Positions 53,151-64,000 of a stretch of DNA of 64,000 bases are shown piece by piece (the stretch's first letter is position 1; each line of letters begins with the position of its first letter). This DNA comes from Rhizodiscina lignyota (lineage: Eukaryota). The notes under the pieces are model-generated. The model searched no databases and was not told where the DNA came from. It saw only the letters and a list, made by a program, of their open reading frames with translations. The position numbers and the translations under genes were made by a program. The DNA lies in assembly GCA_010015805.1 (NCBI GenBank), contig ML978124.1, forward strand, positions 868,001-932,000, read 5' to 3'.

Positions 53151-53450
53151 ATTCTGCTAGTATTTACATTGAAGCTTAATAGGTACATTAGAACCAGGCA
53201 CGGAATCTCCTGCGCTAATTGCATTGATGCTTGACGAGCATAAGGAAAATGGGCTTCGAGGCTCCTGCGTGGATTGGACCCATGCTCGACGGGAATGGCG
53301 GGAAGGGGTTTCATTATTCCTGCATGAATTGAACAAGTGCTCGACGGGGCGTGTCAGAAAAGAGCATTGATTCTTCTGTATAAATTGAATTGGTGCTCGA
53401 CAGGTACGGTAGAAACAAGCCTTGACGTTTGTGTGTTAACTGGATTACCA
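53151..53450. repeat. Degenerate 55-56 bp tandem repeat, about 5 copies plus a partial copy
   Basis: TGCTYGAC at 53228, 53283, 53338 and 53394. Unit starts (YTYCTG...ATTG) at about 53151, 53207, 53262, 53317 and 53373. Confidence 0.75.
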
Positions 53451-53855
53451 CATTATGCTATTGCTCCGGTTGACCTGATCGAAGGATGACTCGCTGATTG
53501 ATGCGAACACGGAGATTCTTTCTAGTAATAGCGAAGATGAAGATAGTATTATAGTTGAGGAGGATGGCGGAGATGAGAACGGCTAGAGTCTAGCAGGAAA
53601 CGTAAACGTCTCTCTTCCGGAAGCGATATGTATTAAGACACAGTATCGAAACCGGCGCTAAAATGTCATTGGTGCTATTAGAGCACTTGAGCAGGCTGTC
53701 TGATATCGGCCGGCGCGGACAGGAGGTCTCGGTGAAAAGTATCGTAGTGAGATGATTGGTCTTGTGCATCCGTGTTTGAGAGCCAAACTGTCGTCTTAGT
53801 AGTCCATCGCCCTGATCTGCGATGTGTACGCATGATACCGGTCCATTGTACCCAT

Positions 53856-54659
53856 CTAGACGTCGCTGTCCGCTGTTGATGTTGCTTGGTCTTTCGAGAA
53901 GAGGCAAAATTCAAACTCTACATCGCCTTGACTCTGCCTCTCCACTGACTGCCCGAAATCTTCTCCAGTGAACACTTCCAGCTCTTTCTTCGTCTGCCTC
54001 CGCCAGCCATCAGATTTGCCCGTCTCACCTTCCAAGTCGATTGGAAAGAAAGTATCGCAGTCAAAGTCCTTGTATACCTTGGTGAGCAGAACATGTCTTG
54101 TCTGCGAGAGCTTCAATGCCTCATTGTAGACGCTGCTGCCTCCAATGACATATGCCCGGTTCAACTTCTGTTCGTGGGATGAGGATGGTGAATGCTGAGT
54201 TCCAGATATGCCAATTTTTGAAAGTAGAAGAAGCGCATTTTTCAGGCTGCTGGTCAGAAGGACGTCTTCTCCTTTAATGTCGTGCCAGCTTCCTTCGCCA
54301 GATTTATCATTTGACGCCGAGCATTCAATACCATCGACGAGACCCGAGCGGCTCAAGACTACGTTTATCCTGCCCTTTAGAGGCCGAAATTTGGGTGGTA
54401 TCGATTCCCATGTCTTGCGGCCCATGATCACAGCATTCTTGGTATCTATTGTGGGATATCAGCCATTTGGACGTGCAACAACGCACAGGCAGACATTACA
54501 TCACATACTTGCTGGAGAACCGGACGGAGTACGCGTAGTAACGCGTGCAAAATACTTCATTTCGGCGCTTAGGCGCCATGGAAGGTTTCCATGCTTGCCG
54601 ATGCCGCGAGCAGTAGTTGCGGCAACAATGAGAGTAAGGGGAATCTCAGCGCTCTGCAT
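53856..54659 (-). CDS. DFR1: Dihydrofolate reductase
   Basis: LTLIVAAT..RGIGKHGNLPWRLSAEMKYFARVT; NAVIMGRKTWESIPPKFRPLKGRINVVLSR; YVIGGSSVY; FDCDTFFP. One intron. Confidence 0.95.
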
Positions 54660-55007
54660 GGCCTGTTACAGAGCAGCGAATATGTAAGGAAATATTTGGG
54701 AGATTTTCATGCAAAGAACTCGTTAGTGGAGGTTCACCGAGAGAACTTGGAGGAAGTTGCATCGGTGTAGGTTGAAATTGACGGCCGATGGATTTTCATT
54801 CTGGGGTAGAAGACTGAATTGATGGCGTCAATATTCTCCATCTGTGCTACAATGATCGCAATTAAAATTTATTAATGTTGGACGTTCAATTGTGGCATTA
54901 TGTTGCAATAGGCATCTATGCAATTGGGTATCAAATAGTATCCAATCCGTCCTCCCAAAACGCCTCGCTATGCATTCAGAAGACTGCGATCTTATCCTTC
55001 CACTTCT

Positions 55008-55551
55008 TCACGACTCTTTATCTTCCTCACTTCCCTGAACCAAGCTGTCTCTCTTCTGTATTAGCTCATCAATCAACTTTGCGACAGCCTTCACATTCTC
55101 CTCAGTTTTCTCATTCGCACCATCCTTCTTCAGTGTCTCCAGGTGGCCCCGCAACCACAGCTCCTGCATCTGCCGCGTGAGTGTAAGGATGTTTTCCGCA
55201 TTTCGAATCTGTAGTTACCATGCTAATTAGCAGATGCCCAGGAAGATTCATTGCAAATACAAGTGGCTTCGCAATTGCGATGAAGATGCTGCACACTAGC
55301 TGTAACGGAGCGATACGTACCAGCAGAGCGGTCTCAACCTCCATCTGATATCCCACCTGTGCCGTGCTATTCAAGTCTGTCTCTTTCACTATTCCCAACT
55401 CGAGCAGATTCTGGAAAGGGCTGATCAGGCCTCTCACCAGTTGTGTGATGCGCTTGTCTAGATCCTCACCGCTGCGTAGAGAATTGTTTTCGCGTGGATT
55501 GTTTTGGATGTTAGCGATGACTTGCGCACCTGTCGCCGGCGGTGCTGCCAT
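55008..55551 (-). CDS. MED22: Mediator complex subunit 22 (Srb6/Surf5)
   Basis: YQMEVETALL|IRNAENILTLTRQMQELWLRGHL after splicing an intron of about 110 nt (GTACGT...CTAAT...CAG, about 55210-55320). Confidence 0.8.
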
Positions 55552-56086
55552 TTTAGAGCCTTGAAACTGGCAATAACAGCAAGAGGTGGATATGATGAAG
55601 GTAGGAAGGATTGTGGGTTTTGGGATCTAATAGGTATCTGAAGGTGGAGATGGCCCAAGCTTCAAAGTCAATCGCGAAATGTCGTGCATATGGCATGCCA
55701 AGCCCACGAGGATGCGTGTTCCTGCATCTGATATGCAGAACACACAATGCAGATGCATGATAAGGTATCGGCGAAATCGCGGCCCAGTTTAAGACACAGT
55801 CTGCTATCAATTCTTGTTCGTCACGACATGAGCAGAGCCATAGTGGGATAAGAGAACTTCCAGTTGACATATATCTAAAGGAGTGGTGTGACCTCTACAA
55901 CACTGTCCAAATGTAGTCAGGTAAAACTTTTCAAACTGCCATCGGCCCATTAATACAATTGAAGCAAAAAAAAAAAAGCAAGAGTAGCGATTCCAATCCA
56001 ATTACTCAGTTCAACCACAAGCCCAGAGAGACTACCTAGCAGTGATGGGGCGTGTATATGAAGAGTAGCAGCGACAATCGCACAAT

Positions 56087-57450
56087 CTACTCCTCATCGT
56101 CATCGGACTCTTCTTCAGAAGCCTGGTCAAGCCATTCAAGGAAGCCTGCCGCACTCTTGCGCACTTTCTTGCTGATAGAGATGTCGACATACTTCTTGCT
56201 GGCCTTTGCACCCCAGGCTTTGGCAGTCTCTTCAGTGACGAGGTCATGCTGATAGAACTGCGCGAGGATGCTGGAGACCTGAGGGATGAGGGTGGGATGA
56301 TCTTTGCCGACAAAGCGCTCGGTACCTCCAAGGAGGGCACGCTCGTGTTTCTCGGATGTGACCATCTTCTTGAGCATTCCAGCGCGCTTGGGGATTTCCT
56401 TGACAATGTCCTCATCAAAGATAGTCTGGGCAAGAACGGTCAAAGTACGATGCTTCGACTCGATGCCGAGTTCTTTGGCCTTGAGATAGATGTCGACATC
56501 ATCGAGCTTGCCAACACCACCTTTCTCCTCGGCCGTCTTGATGATCCAGCTACCCAAGGCATCGTAGGCATTGCCTTCGCCGCCATCGCCGTCTTCATCG
56601 TCGTCATTGACAACAACAGCACGCTTGAGGTCGGTAGGGAGTTCCTTGGCACGAGCCTTGACGGCTTCCTCAGAGGTGTCGACAGACCACTTGACCTCGC
56701 CGACCTCCTCTACATCAATGTCGGCAGCGCCGGAATTGATGCGACGAGTAAGCTCATCGTCACTGCCGGCATCCATGCCCTCATCACCATTCTCGTCCGC
56801 CTTATCGGAGTTGCTATCGTGGGGGCTACCGTTCTCATCATCCGCGCCATTTTGGCCGGCCTCCTTCTTGGCCTTGCGACCCGCCTTCTTTGCAGCCTTG
56901 TCCTTCTTTCCCTTCTTGGGTTGGTTCTTGAGAATGAAGGAGCTGAGCTTCAAGCGAAGGTCGACGTCAGAACGTTGGCCGCAAGCCTTGCAGTCGAGCA
57001 CGATGTGACCGTCCTTGATGTTGACGTCGGTCTCCGGGTTCTTGCACTTCTTGCAGAGAACGAACTTGGAGATGAAGCCATCAAGGTAGTCCTGAAGCTT
57101 GCTGGCTTCATGGGCACCATTGATGATCCAGCGATCGTCGGCCGGGTTGGTGTTGGTCTGGGCTCCAAGTTCGAAGCCGAAATATTTAATCACATCTGAC
57201 ATCATTAGGCTTTCAACTCAACGACTTTGGATGAACTTACAAGAAGGAGGTCGAGCCAGAGAGTTGGCAACGCTACTGAGGTTCACGATGACGGTCTTGA
57301 TACCGTTGCCCTTTCCCTCAATTTTGGACTGGAGGCGCTCCATTTTGTAGCGGTAGAAGGGATCGGTGACATCCTAGTGTGGTGTAAGTGATGTGTTTGT
57401 GGAGATAACTGAATCCAACAACTTACCCTGCGGATATTGATGGTAGCCAT
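56087..57450 (-). CDS. TIF5: Eukaryotic translation initiation factor 5
   Basis: [47 protein letters not shown]; zinc ribbon [12 protein letters not shown]...CKACG; W2 domain [13 protein letters not shown]. Two introns. Confidence 0.97.
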
Positions 57451-57477
57451 TGTTGCGGAAGGTGTTGGTCGATAGCT

Positions 57478-57546
57478 TTAGCGTGAGTTGTGGGCGTGGG
57501 AATGCTGGGGAAAAGGAGAATCGCTGAAAAAGGCCGACAAAGACAT
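57478..57546 (-). other. eIF5 uORF2 (22 aa, MSLSAFFSDSPFPQHSHAHNSR), poor AUG context
   Basis: Context tgcATGt (U at -3, U at +4); TAA ends 27 nt upstream of the main acaATGg. Confidence 0.7.
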
Positions 57547-57631
57547 GCAGTCAATGCAGACAAATCGCTCTGTTGCCGTCGCAAATGGAGGTCACAAACG
57601 TCGGGAATGGAGGAGGACAACTTTGTGGGCG

Positions 57632-57739
57632 TTATCCGTTGCTACAATGGTATTCCTGACTAGGCCTTCGCGGTATGCGAAATAGGTGCGGCTTAAGCTG
57701 CGGCTCGTGACGAAACTTGTTGACGTGGGGCGAATACAT
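57632..57739 (-). other. eIF5 uORF1 (35 aa, MYSPHVNKFRHEPQLKPHLFRIPRRPSQEYHCSNG), poor AUG context
   Basis: Context tatATGt. Together with uORF2, these are the only AUGs in about 500 nt upstream of the eIF5 start. Confidence 0.7.
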
Positions 57740-58465
57740 ATACAACCGCGTGTCTTTGGCTCTGCGGATGGTAGGTGTCTGAGGTATTCTGGGGTGGTTG
57801 TGGGGAGGTTGAGGCAGGCGGCGAAACTGATCAGATCAATGTGCGGCGTGCCGGAACGCGGTTCTGTGTGAGTGGTGTTCGCTTTATCGCAGTGGCTGAG
57901 CGTGGAAGTCGCAGTGGAGTGTAGTTGATGGTCCGCGCAGGATTTCCGATAGTTTGTGTAAGAAGAGAAGAAGCAGGAAGAAGAGTGTGGAGGGCGATGA
58001 GAAAGTCAGGAAGCGGAAGACGGGCTTGGCGCTAGGGCGCAGAAGGCGCTCTTTGCCGACCAAGCGAAATCGCCTGGGCGTTCCGCCACGTGCTGCCCTT
58101 CACACTCAGCAATTGATTGTCCCGCCTTCACTTTGTTCGCTATTGCAATCATTTAATTTTCACAGTAACTAAAGCCACACAACTATTGGCCTCTCGAGTT
58201 GATAGCTTTGCGACAATTCTCCGTCGTCACGAAGAAATTTTGAGCGAGAGACCACACGGAATTATCTCCAAATTCAATGAGCTCATCGTAACGAAAACTC
58301 GGTCGAGCACGCCTTCTTTTCCCGTATCTCACTTCCTGCAGAGGATTGGTGACGCCAGTCTAGACTCCTTTCTTTGAGCCTTGAGGCTCGCAATCCTTCA
58401 CATTTGGAGGGGGCTTTCATTCCACTAGAAGTCTCTTTGTCTTTAGCCAAAATTCGCCCTTAACA

Positions 58466-60225
58466 ATGCCGCCCAACTACACACTTTACCTGGTCACGGA
58501 CTCCACAGCCCCTATTCTGAAGGGCCGTGATCTCGCAAAAATCGTCAAAGATGCCATTGATGGAGGTTAGCCTGTCAATCTGATTGCTTCGTGAACTGTG
58601 TTTGCTTAAGACAACATCAGGTGTTACTATCGTGCAATATCGGGACAAAACAAGTGACACTGCAGATTTGATCAGGACTGCCAAAGAACTGCACAAGATC
58701 ACAAAGGCAGCTGGTGTACCGCTCCTCATAAATGACAGAATAGATGTTGCTTTGGCCGTCGGTACCGAGGGTGTCCATATCGGCCAAGATGATATAGGTT
58801 GGTTAATTTTATTCGTCTTCTTCCTTTACAGTGTCCGATTAGTGTCTCTCACTTTCGAATCATTTGTAACCATCTAGCAGATATTGCAACTGCGCGGAAG
58901 ATACTTGGACCTGAGGCTATAATCGGTGTAACGGCATCCTCTGAGGAAGAGGCGATCGCCGCCGTGAAGGGAGGAGCCAATTATCTAGGACTAGGGACAG
59001 TGTTCGCAACTCCAACGTACTTGACAGTCCACCTTAGATGCAAAGTATCTGCTACTCACTGTTTAATAGGAAAGAAAATACGAAGTCCATTATAGGCGCA
59101 TCCGGCGTGCGAGACATTCTATCTCGAATATCACAGCTTCCAAACTCAGAACATGTCGGCACCGTCTGCATCGGTGGCATCAACGCTGCAAATGTTCAGA
59201 GAGTCCTCTACCAATCCCACTCACCTGACAAATCCTTAGATGGCGTTGCTGTTGTCAGCGCAATCGTTGGTGCAGACGAACCGCGCACAGCGGCCCAACA
59301 TCTCTACGACCTTATCCTGCGTGCGCCAGCCTTTGCTCGCGCAATACACCAGCCAAGCAGCTTGACTGCAACTATCACTACTGACCTAATTATCGCACAA
59401 GTCCCGAAAATTGCAAAAGCTCTGGCGGAGAAGACACCTCTCTGCCACAACATGACGAACCTGGTGGTCCAGAACATTGCTGCCAACGTCGCCCTTTGTG
59501 TCGGCGCGTCGCCTATCATGTCGAATAACGGACTCGAAGCACCTGATCTGGCGAAACTTGGAGGTGCACTGGTTATCAACATGGGCACAGTGACCCCCGA
59601 GGGCCTATCAAATAACCTCCAAGCTCTGCGCGCGTACAATGCAGTTGGCGGACCAGTAGTCTTCGACCCCGTAGGCGCAGGAGCGACGCAGCAAAGGCGC
59701 AACGGGGTCAAGACTCTAATGGCAGGCGGCTATTTTGACCTGATCAAAGGGAACGAGATGGAGATCAAGGCTGTTGCGGGCGTGAGTGGGGAGCAGATGC
59801 GTGGAGTGGACAGCGGGCCCGGCACCCTGAGCTTGGAGGAGAAGTGCGCAATGGTGAGATCATTAGCGGGGAGAGAACGCTGTCTGGCGCTTATGACTGG
59901 TTCGGTCGACGTGCTATCGGATGGGCGGAGGACCGTGGCTGTGATGAATGGACACGGGTTCTTGGGAAGCATCACTGGGAGCGGATGTACGCTTGGGACA
60001 ACAGCTGCGGCCTACCTTGCGGTGCACAAGGAGGATACGCTTATGGCTGTTTTGGCTGCGATGCTGCATTTCGAGATTGCGGCTGAGAGAGCGGCAGCGC
60101 GAGACGAGGTTAGAGGACCTGGAACGTTTGTCCCCGCGTGGCTGGATGAGCTTCACTTGATCAAGCAGTCGAGCTTGAAGGGAGACGAAGAATGGGTGCG
60201 CGAAGCAAAGGTGGTGGCTCTTTAG
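58466..60225 (+). CDS. THI6: Bifunctional thiamine-phosphate synthase / hydroxyethylthiazole kinase
   Basis: LYLVTDS, GVTIVQYRDK, LLINDRIDVALA, GVHIGQDD, IGGIN, HNMTNLVVQN, INMGT, VFDPVGAGAT, IKGNEMEI, ITGSGCTLG. Three introns. Confidence 0.95.
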
Positions 60226-60398
60226 TGAAGGCTATCAGATGTCCTTGGCTGAGTCTTACATGGTCGCGTGGTACTGGGATGCCGGATACCAAGACCAGCT
60301 GCTCCTGGCGTACGCCTACATAATTTCGTTGCACTCTCGCTCTGTGAGGGTCGAACACTATCCAGATAGGGAGTCCCAAAGTTCAGCGTAAGAGGGCA

Positions 60399-61577
60399 TT
60401 AACGCCTTCCTGGTCTCTTAGGCTTGGAGAAGGTCGACTTTGCCTCCACTTTCGGCGCAAACTCTGCTTCAATTGTCTCGGCTGTGATGTCTGAAGGATC
60501 AGATGCCTCAAGCTGTAGATATGTTAGTAAGGGGCACTTTGTCTCACACCACCTCAGTGCCCTTTTAGGTACCTTCTTTGCAATACTCAGGCCAGCGCCC
60601 CTTTCTGCCAAGATTGATGTGCTTTGCCGTGAACTAGCGTATATCATACGCTCCTTGATCTTCGCTGCCGTTGGGCACGTGTACAAGAAAATGATCGCTG
60701 ACTTCGATTCTGAAGTTGCTGGATCAGTGTACGAATGGCTGTAGAAGCTGTAACGCGGGTCGGTGGAGGATATGTTGCTCGCCAGTGCATCTGGAGAGAC
60801 GCCAGAAGTCACAGATTCGATGACAATCGTCTCGGTTGGGACGTCGATTTTCTAGGCTAGTGATCAGCACGAAAGTGTCCATTCGAGTATCAATTTCAGC
60901 AAAGCTGACCAATTGCACCAATTCTCCACCTTCTGCGCCTTCGCCCAGCTTTCTGAGCGCGTCCTCTACTCCCTCGCCCACGTTTGTACTCACACCACTG
61001 CTTCCCCCAGAGCCATACCCAGCTCCTCTCCTCGAGGTACCGCCTTGCTCTTGCGCCTCCGCAGCCCTTATGCCTTCACGCTCCTGCTCCTCCTGTGTGA
61101 GAGGCTGCTCTGCATCCGTGTGGGCCTCATGCTTCTTCCAGCCTTCCGCCGTCAACTCCGACGCTTCGGTGGTGAAGAAGGTTTCGCCAAAGTGCTCAGG
61201 GCCAAGGTCCTTGATCAGCGTCCTCTGAGTTGAGGCGAACAACATCTTCTGCCGGACTGGAGCGGCATTGGGGACGTACGTTACCGCAACGAAGGAGGAG
61301 TCTTTGCGGAGGAGGATGTAGAGGGCTTGGTTGGGCTTGAGGTGAGGTGCAAGGTTGGAGAGGTCATCGTGGAAGGAGGACGAGGAGCTATCCAGAGTGG
61401 TGAGGGGTTTGAGTGCTTCATTCTCGATGGTGATGAGGAGACCACGCTGAGAAGGGTTGGCAAGCAGGTCCTTGAAGGCGGATTGAAGCTCGGCGGATGC
61501 TGCAGGATATTCTGTTAGCTACCTGTGTATAGGACAGTGAAGGTGGTGTTGTCTGTACCCGAGATGCCGGATTGCAT
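60399..61577 (-). CDS. TWF1: Twinfilin (tandem ADF-H actin-monomer-binding protein)
   Basis: MQSGISA start; YVPNAAPVRQKMLFAST; PLTQEEQE linker; PRYSFY; FLYTCP...IKERMIYASS; C-terminal FSKPKRPGRR. Three introns. Confidence 0.93.
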
Positions 61578-62382
61578 GATTTATCGCTACCGACGTCTCA
61601 ATCAAGGTTCTGACACTGGTACTGCTGAGCTGCGTTCCACGGCGATTTAAGTGATAGGATATTGGGTGGGCCTGATGTTTGAGGCACGTCTCTGCTTAGG
61701 CCTCACATAGATTCGTAATTCTGCTGAAGGTCTTTAAATATACGACAGTGGCTCACAGGGATTGCTTCAATCACAGACTTTCTCGGGAATAGACTGGAGA
61801 TTTTTGTTGCATAGTTTCACTGAGTCTAAAGAGGCTTTCCTTTGGCTTGAACTCTTCTACCGCAACGCGTTTGGATACGGCGGAGGCACCTCAATTCCAC
61901 CTCTCGCATTTGATGAGCTTGACTCAGGTTTAAAGCTAGTCTTACTCGGGCCTGCCTCGATTTGAGAATTTCCACCGCCTCTCTGACCAGCTGAATCTCT
62001 CTACTTGCGATGCACTACGCAGAGACGAAGAGCAATAGCATGACGTTGGCGCACAAAAGTCCCACGAGCGGAGCACCCTGCGTTGGACCGATTTTATCCA
62101 GGTCGCAACTCCAGCTCTGACGTTTATCACAATTCGACGTCTTTTCCTAAGCGGACCTAGGCACGAGATGAGCTGATGTTGCCAGAGTCACGAGCGCGCA
62201 AGGAGGGTGCCTAGATTGGCGTATAATAAGGCGAATCGAGAAGTGCCAGCCTTCTGGATCGGCGTCCGTGCGCAGCACTTAAAGAGGGGACGAGAGAACC
62301 ACGAGAGTAGCAAACTTCCTCCTACAACCCCCTTGAAGAGCATGTGCCCTTCCTCTCTATACTTTCCTGCTCCGCGACCCCT

Positions 62383-64000
62383 ATGACGACTCTAATCACC
62401 TCTCTCCTCAACCCTGTCGTCCGCAGATTCGCCTCCAACCCGCCCGGCGAGCAAGGTTCTGCAGCTCAGAGCGAAGAGTCGCAATCACATGTCAGAAGCG
62501 TCGCAGGCGACGGCGACTTCGCTGTCGGAGCCCTGTCCGCCCACAACGACAGCGATGCTGGTGTACAGCTACCGGATAGCGAGCCGCACAATGTTCAATT
62601 ACTGGAGAATAGGCTCAGCGAAGTAGAACCACATGGCGCCGTTGACCAGGCTGCTCCACGAGCAATCCCTCTAAATCCACGTGCGATTACTATACTTGGT
62701 GGAGACGCTTCTGGAGTGCCGGTGGAACATGCGCATGCAGCGCTGTTTACTCAGTCACACGACATTTCCTCCGACCCTCAAATATTCGACCATGACCTCG
62801 CTGTCGAACAGACCTCTTTCATTCCCTCGAGCGACCTCCACGACCCCATTAGTACGGCGCAGGACGATCGAAGCGCCACCTCTCCACCTTCTGGCGCTAT
62901 TCCAATACAAGGAAGAGAAAGGCCAATATCTGCTGGAAGAGCAATGGCATTAGCTGGATCAGAAAGGCCAGCGTCGCTCCCGGCTGACGATGGCATGAGT
63001 GCTCTTCGAAAGAAGATCCACGAGATAAGAGACATGGCTGCATCCAGCGAGGAGAAGGCACGCCGTCTACACTTCATCATGACAGAGAGCTACATCGCAA
63101 ATCACCCCCACCTTGCTCGAGCCCAATCGCCAGCCAGCATTTTCTCAGGAGACAGACCGTTCACGCCTAGATCTCCCACTCCCTTCGATACTCCAGTGCT
63201 TCCTCACTCGCCCGACTCGATGCGCGAGCCTATCGATCCAGCAAACCCCTTCAATGTCACCGAGGCCGACAAGCAGCCCTGCTTTCGCCCACCTCGCTCC
63301 CGCCGTCCTTCCATCGATTACGATGACTATCCTCCGAATAGCGATGGCAATGAGGTACCTGAGCCGGAGGAACCGCAGCTGGGTTGCCGTCACTACAAAC
63401 GCAATGTCAAAATACAATGCTACGATTGTAGGCGATGGTATCCCTGCCGACACTGCCATGATGAAAAGGAGATGGATCATAGTTTGCAACGCAGAAAGAC
63501 CGAGAACATGCTCTGCATGCTATGCCAGACGCCGCAGAGCGCAGGTGAATACTGCAAAGTCTGTGAGCATAGGTCAGCGTACTATTATTGCGATATCTGC
63601 AAGTTGTGGGACGATGATGCAAGTAAGAGAATCTACCATTGTGCAGATTGCGGCATTTGCAGAAGAGGTGAGGGAATCGGAAAAGATTTCGTACACTGCA
63701 AGGTAAGATTCCATCTCTTCAAGACCATGAATATGCGCTCCGGGACTAATAAAGTCAGAAATGCAACATATGCATAGCGATTGCTTCTGCAGCTTCGCAT
63801 CGGTGCATCGAACGCGCGGCGGAGTGCGATTGTCCTATCTGCGGCGACTACATGTTTACTTCATCTTCCTCAATCGTAGCCATGCCCTGTGGACACTACC
63901 TCCACAAGACATGCTACACTCAATACATGGAGACTGCGTACAAATGCCCTATTTGCAAGAAGTCTGCAGTCAATATGGAGCTGCAATGGCGCAAGCTCGA
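62383..64000 (+). CDS. CHY / CTCHY / RING zinc-finger protein (Pirh2/RCHY1-like E3), 3' end outside the window
   Basis: LGCRHYKRNVKIQCYDCRRWYPCRHCHDE; YYCDICKLWDD; IYHCADCGICRRG. After an intron (about 63702-63758), HRCIE...CPICGDYMF...MPCGHYLH..C.....YKCPICKKS. Confidence 0.9.

Noticed and set aside
53151..53450. CRISPR interpretation of the repeat/variable array
   Set aside because: Eukaryotic context, no cas genes, repeats too degenerate, and the variable parts are related to each other.
56246..57199. 317-aa plus-strand ORF antisense to eIF5
   Set aside because: Mirror ORF caused by strong codon bias in a highly expressed gene; no recognisable domain.
57960..59070. Possible TPP riboswitch in the THI6 leader or introns
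   Set aside because: I found no TPP aptamer core (CUGAGA...CUUGAU...AAU...AGCG-type elements). Fungal TPP riboswitches are known from THI4/NMT1-type genes, not THI6.
53856..60225. Cofactor gene cluster (DHFR and THI6, with UBA4 further away)
   Set aside because: Different pathways, interspersed with MED22 and eIF5; an ordinary housekeeping neighbourhood.

Overview
This is eukaryotic, intron-rich genomic DNA from a filamentous ascomycete (Pezizomycotina; Dothideomycetes-like is my inference). It has GT-AG introns of about 50 nt with CTRAY branch sites and about 27 protein-coding genes. Conserved housekeeping genes are an F-box/WD40 protein, MPP beta, RMD8-like, UBA4, DHFR, MED22, eIF5, THI6, twinfilin and a CHY-RING protein. 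Accessory or metabolic genes are a GH2 exo-glucosaminidase, class II aldolase, two esterases, a peroxisomal alcohol oxidase, a Zn2Cys6 TF, a Gal80-like oxidoreductase, dienelactone hydrolase, an HPP protein, a beta-lactamase-like hydrolase, a GT28 glycosyltransferase with UIM-like repeats, a BTB protein, an OPT transporter, a 2OG oxygenase and a flavin-binding protein. Five observations stand out. (1) An otherwise intact secreted carboxylesterase has one in-frame TAG at a Trp-type position, a candidate for A-to-I stop-codon editing or readthrough. (2) A divergent Gal4-like TF / Gal80-like pair shares a promoter with a dense ACGG array, next to an alcohol oxidase. (3) eIF5 has two poor-context uORFs. 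(4) A hairpin cluster at about 13.06-13.43 kb has Helitron-like ends. (5) A degenerate 55-56 bp tandem array lies upstream of a HET-domain relic. I found no rRNA, tRNA or CRISPR. Gene boundaries were read by eye and all family calls come from motif recognition, not database searches.
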